Assembly: GCA_903928565.1 (NCBI GenBank)
Contig: CAIYRH010000010.1
Coordinates: 41,614 to 105,613 of the forward strand
DNA length: 64,000 nt
Source of the DNA: Candidatus Staskawiczbacteria bacterium
GTDB lineage: Bacteria; Patescibacteriota; Minisyncoccia; Minisyncoccales; Staskawiczbacteraceae
Direction: 5' to 3'
The notes under the pieces are model-generated. The model had not been told where the DNA came from, did not search any database, and saw only the letters and a list, made by a program, of their open reading frames with translations. Shown one piece after another: positions 63,913 to 64,000 of this stretch. The translations under genes and the position numbers were made by a program. Numbering within the stretch: the first letter of the stretch is position 1; each line of letters begins with the position of its first letter.

Positions 63913-64000
63913 CTTGTTTTGTTTTTTTAAATTCTTTAGTTACAATTTTATTTTTAATATAACCTACTTTGCTCAATTCTATTATCTTTGCAAAAATGCT

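Overview
This is an AT-rich, gene-dense bacterial window. Sampled 60-nt lines run about 23-38% G+C, intergenic spacers are short, and almost every gene is on the + strand until a convergent switch near 60.45 kb. The small proteins, lack of Shine-Dalgarno sequences, truncated HrcA and many Cys-rich surface or zinc-ribbon proteins suggest a Patescibacteria/CPR-like small genome; that lineage call is inference only.

Recognisable content:
- Housekeeping genes: pgk, a RecJ-like DHH protein, rnhA, murJ, lepA, metA, ppiase, riboflavin kinase, an ABC-F ATPase, an RsuA-like pseudouridine synthase, an LtaS-like sulfatase, gdh, hrcA-grpE, dnaK-dnaJ, recR, dnaB and cysS.
- RNA genes: RNase P RNA, three canonical tRNAs (CAU, Asp-GUC, Lys-UUU) and one aberrant tRNA-like gene.
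- Two efflux clusters: ECF sigma with a MacAB-like pump, and MarR with adaptor proteins and an MFS pump.
- A flavin-transfer cluster (FMN-binding protein, ApbE, membrane FNR-like reductase).
- A UvrD-nuclease fusion followed by two Cas4-like nuclease paralogs.
- A tandem array of three large Cys-rich zinc-ribbon paralogs, and a 778-aa Cys-rich repeat surface protein.

The most unusual signal is three compositionally foreign G+C-rich islands, at about 13.87-14.44 kb, 20.64-21.11 kb and 44.17-46.03 kb; sampled lines run 45-68% G+C.
- Each sits cleanly in an intergenic slot, is bracketed by strong hairpins, and lies behind a host-type TTGACA-17-TAnnnT promoter.
- Each carries the same C/A-rich CCAACCCCAA(CC) motif 5' of a start codon: immediately upstream in islands 2 and 3, about 64 nt upstream in island 1. 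In island 2 the motif is telomere-like, (TTGGGG)3 on the + strand.
- The largest island encodes a divergent PurH-like (MGS + AICARFT) protein, which has the only canonical AGGAGG ribosome-binding site seen among the starts inspected in the window.

A second recurring theme is short G+C-rich palindromic mini-insertions. They occur inside conserved genes (the UvrD-like helicase, GrpE, RecR), inside a terminator loop, and inside a duplicated tRNA-Lys 3' fragment.

No CRISPR array, transposase, integrase or reverse transcriptase was seen. All functional calls come from motif recognition by eye, with no database search.
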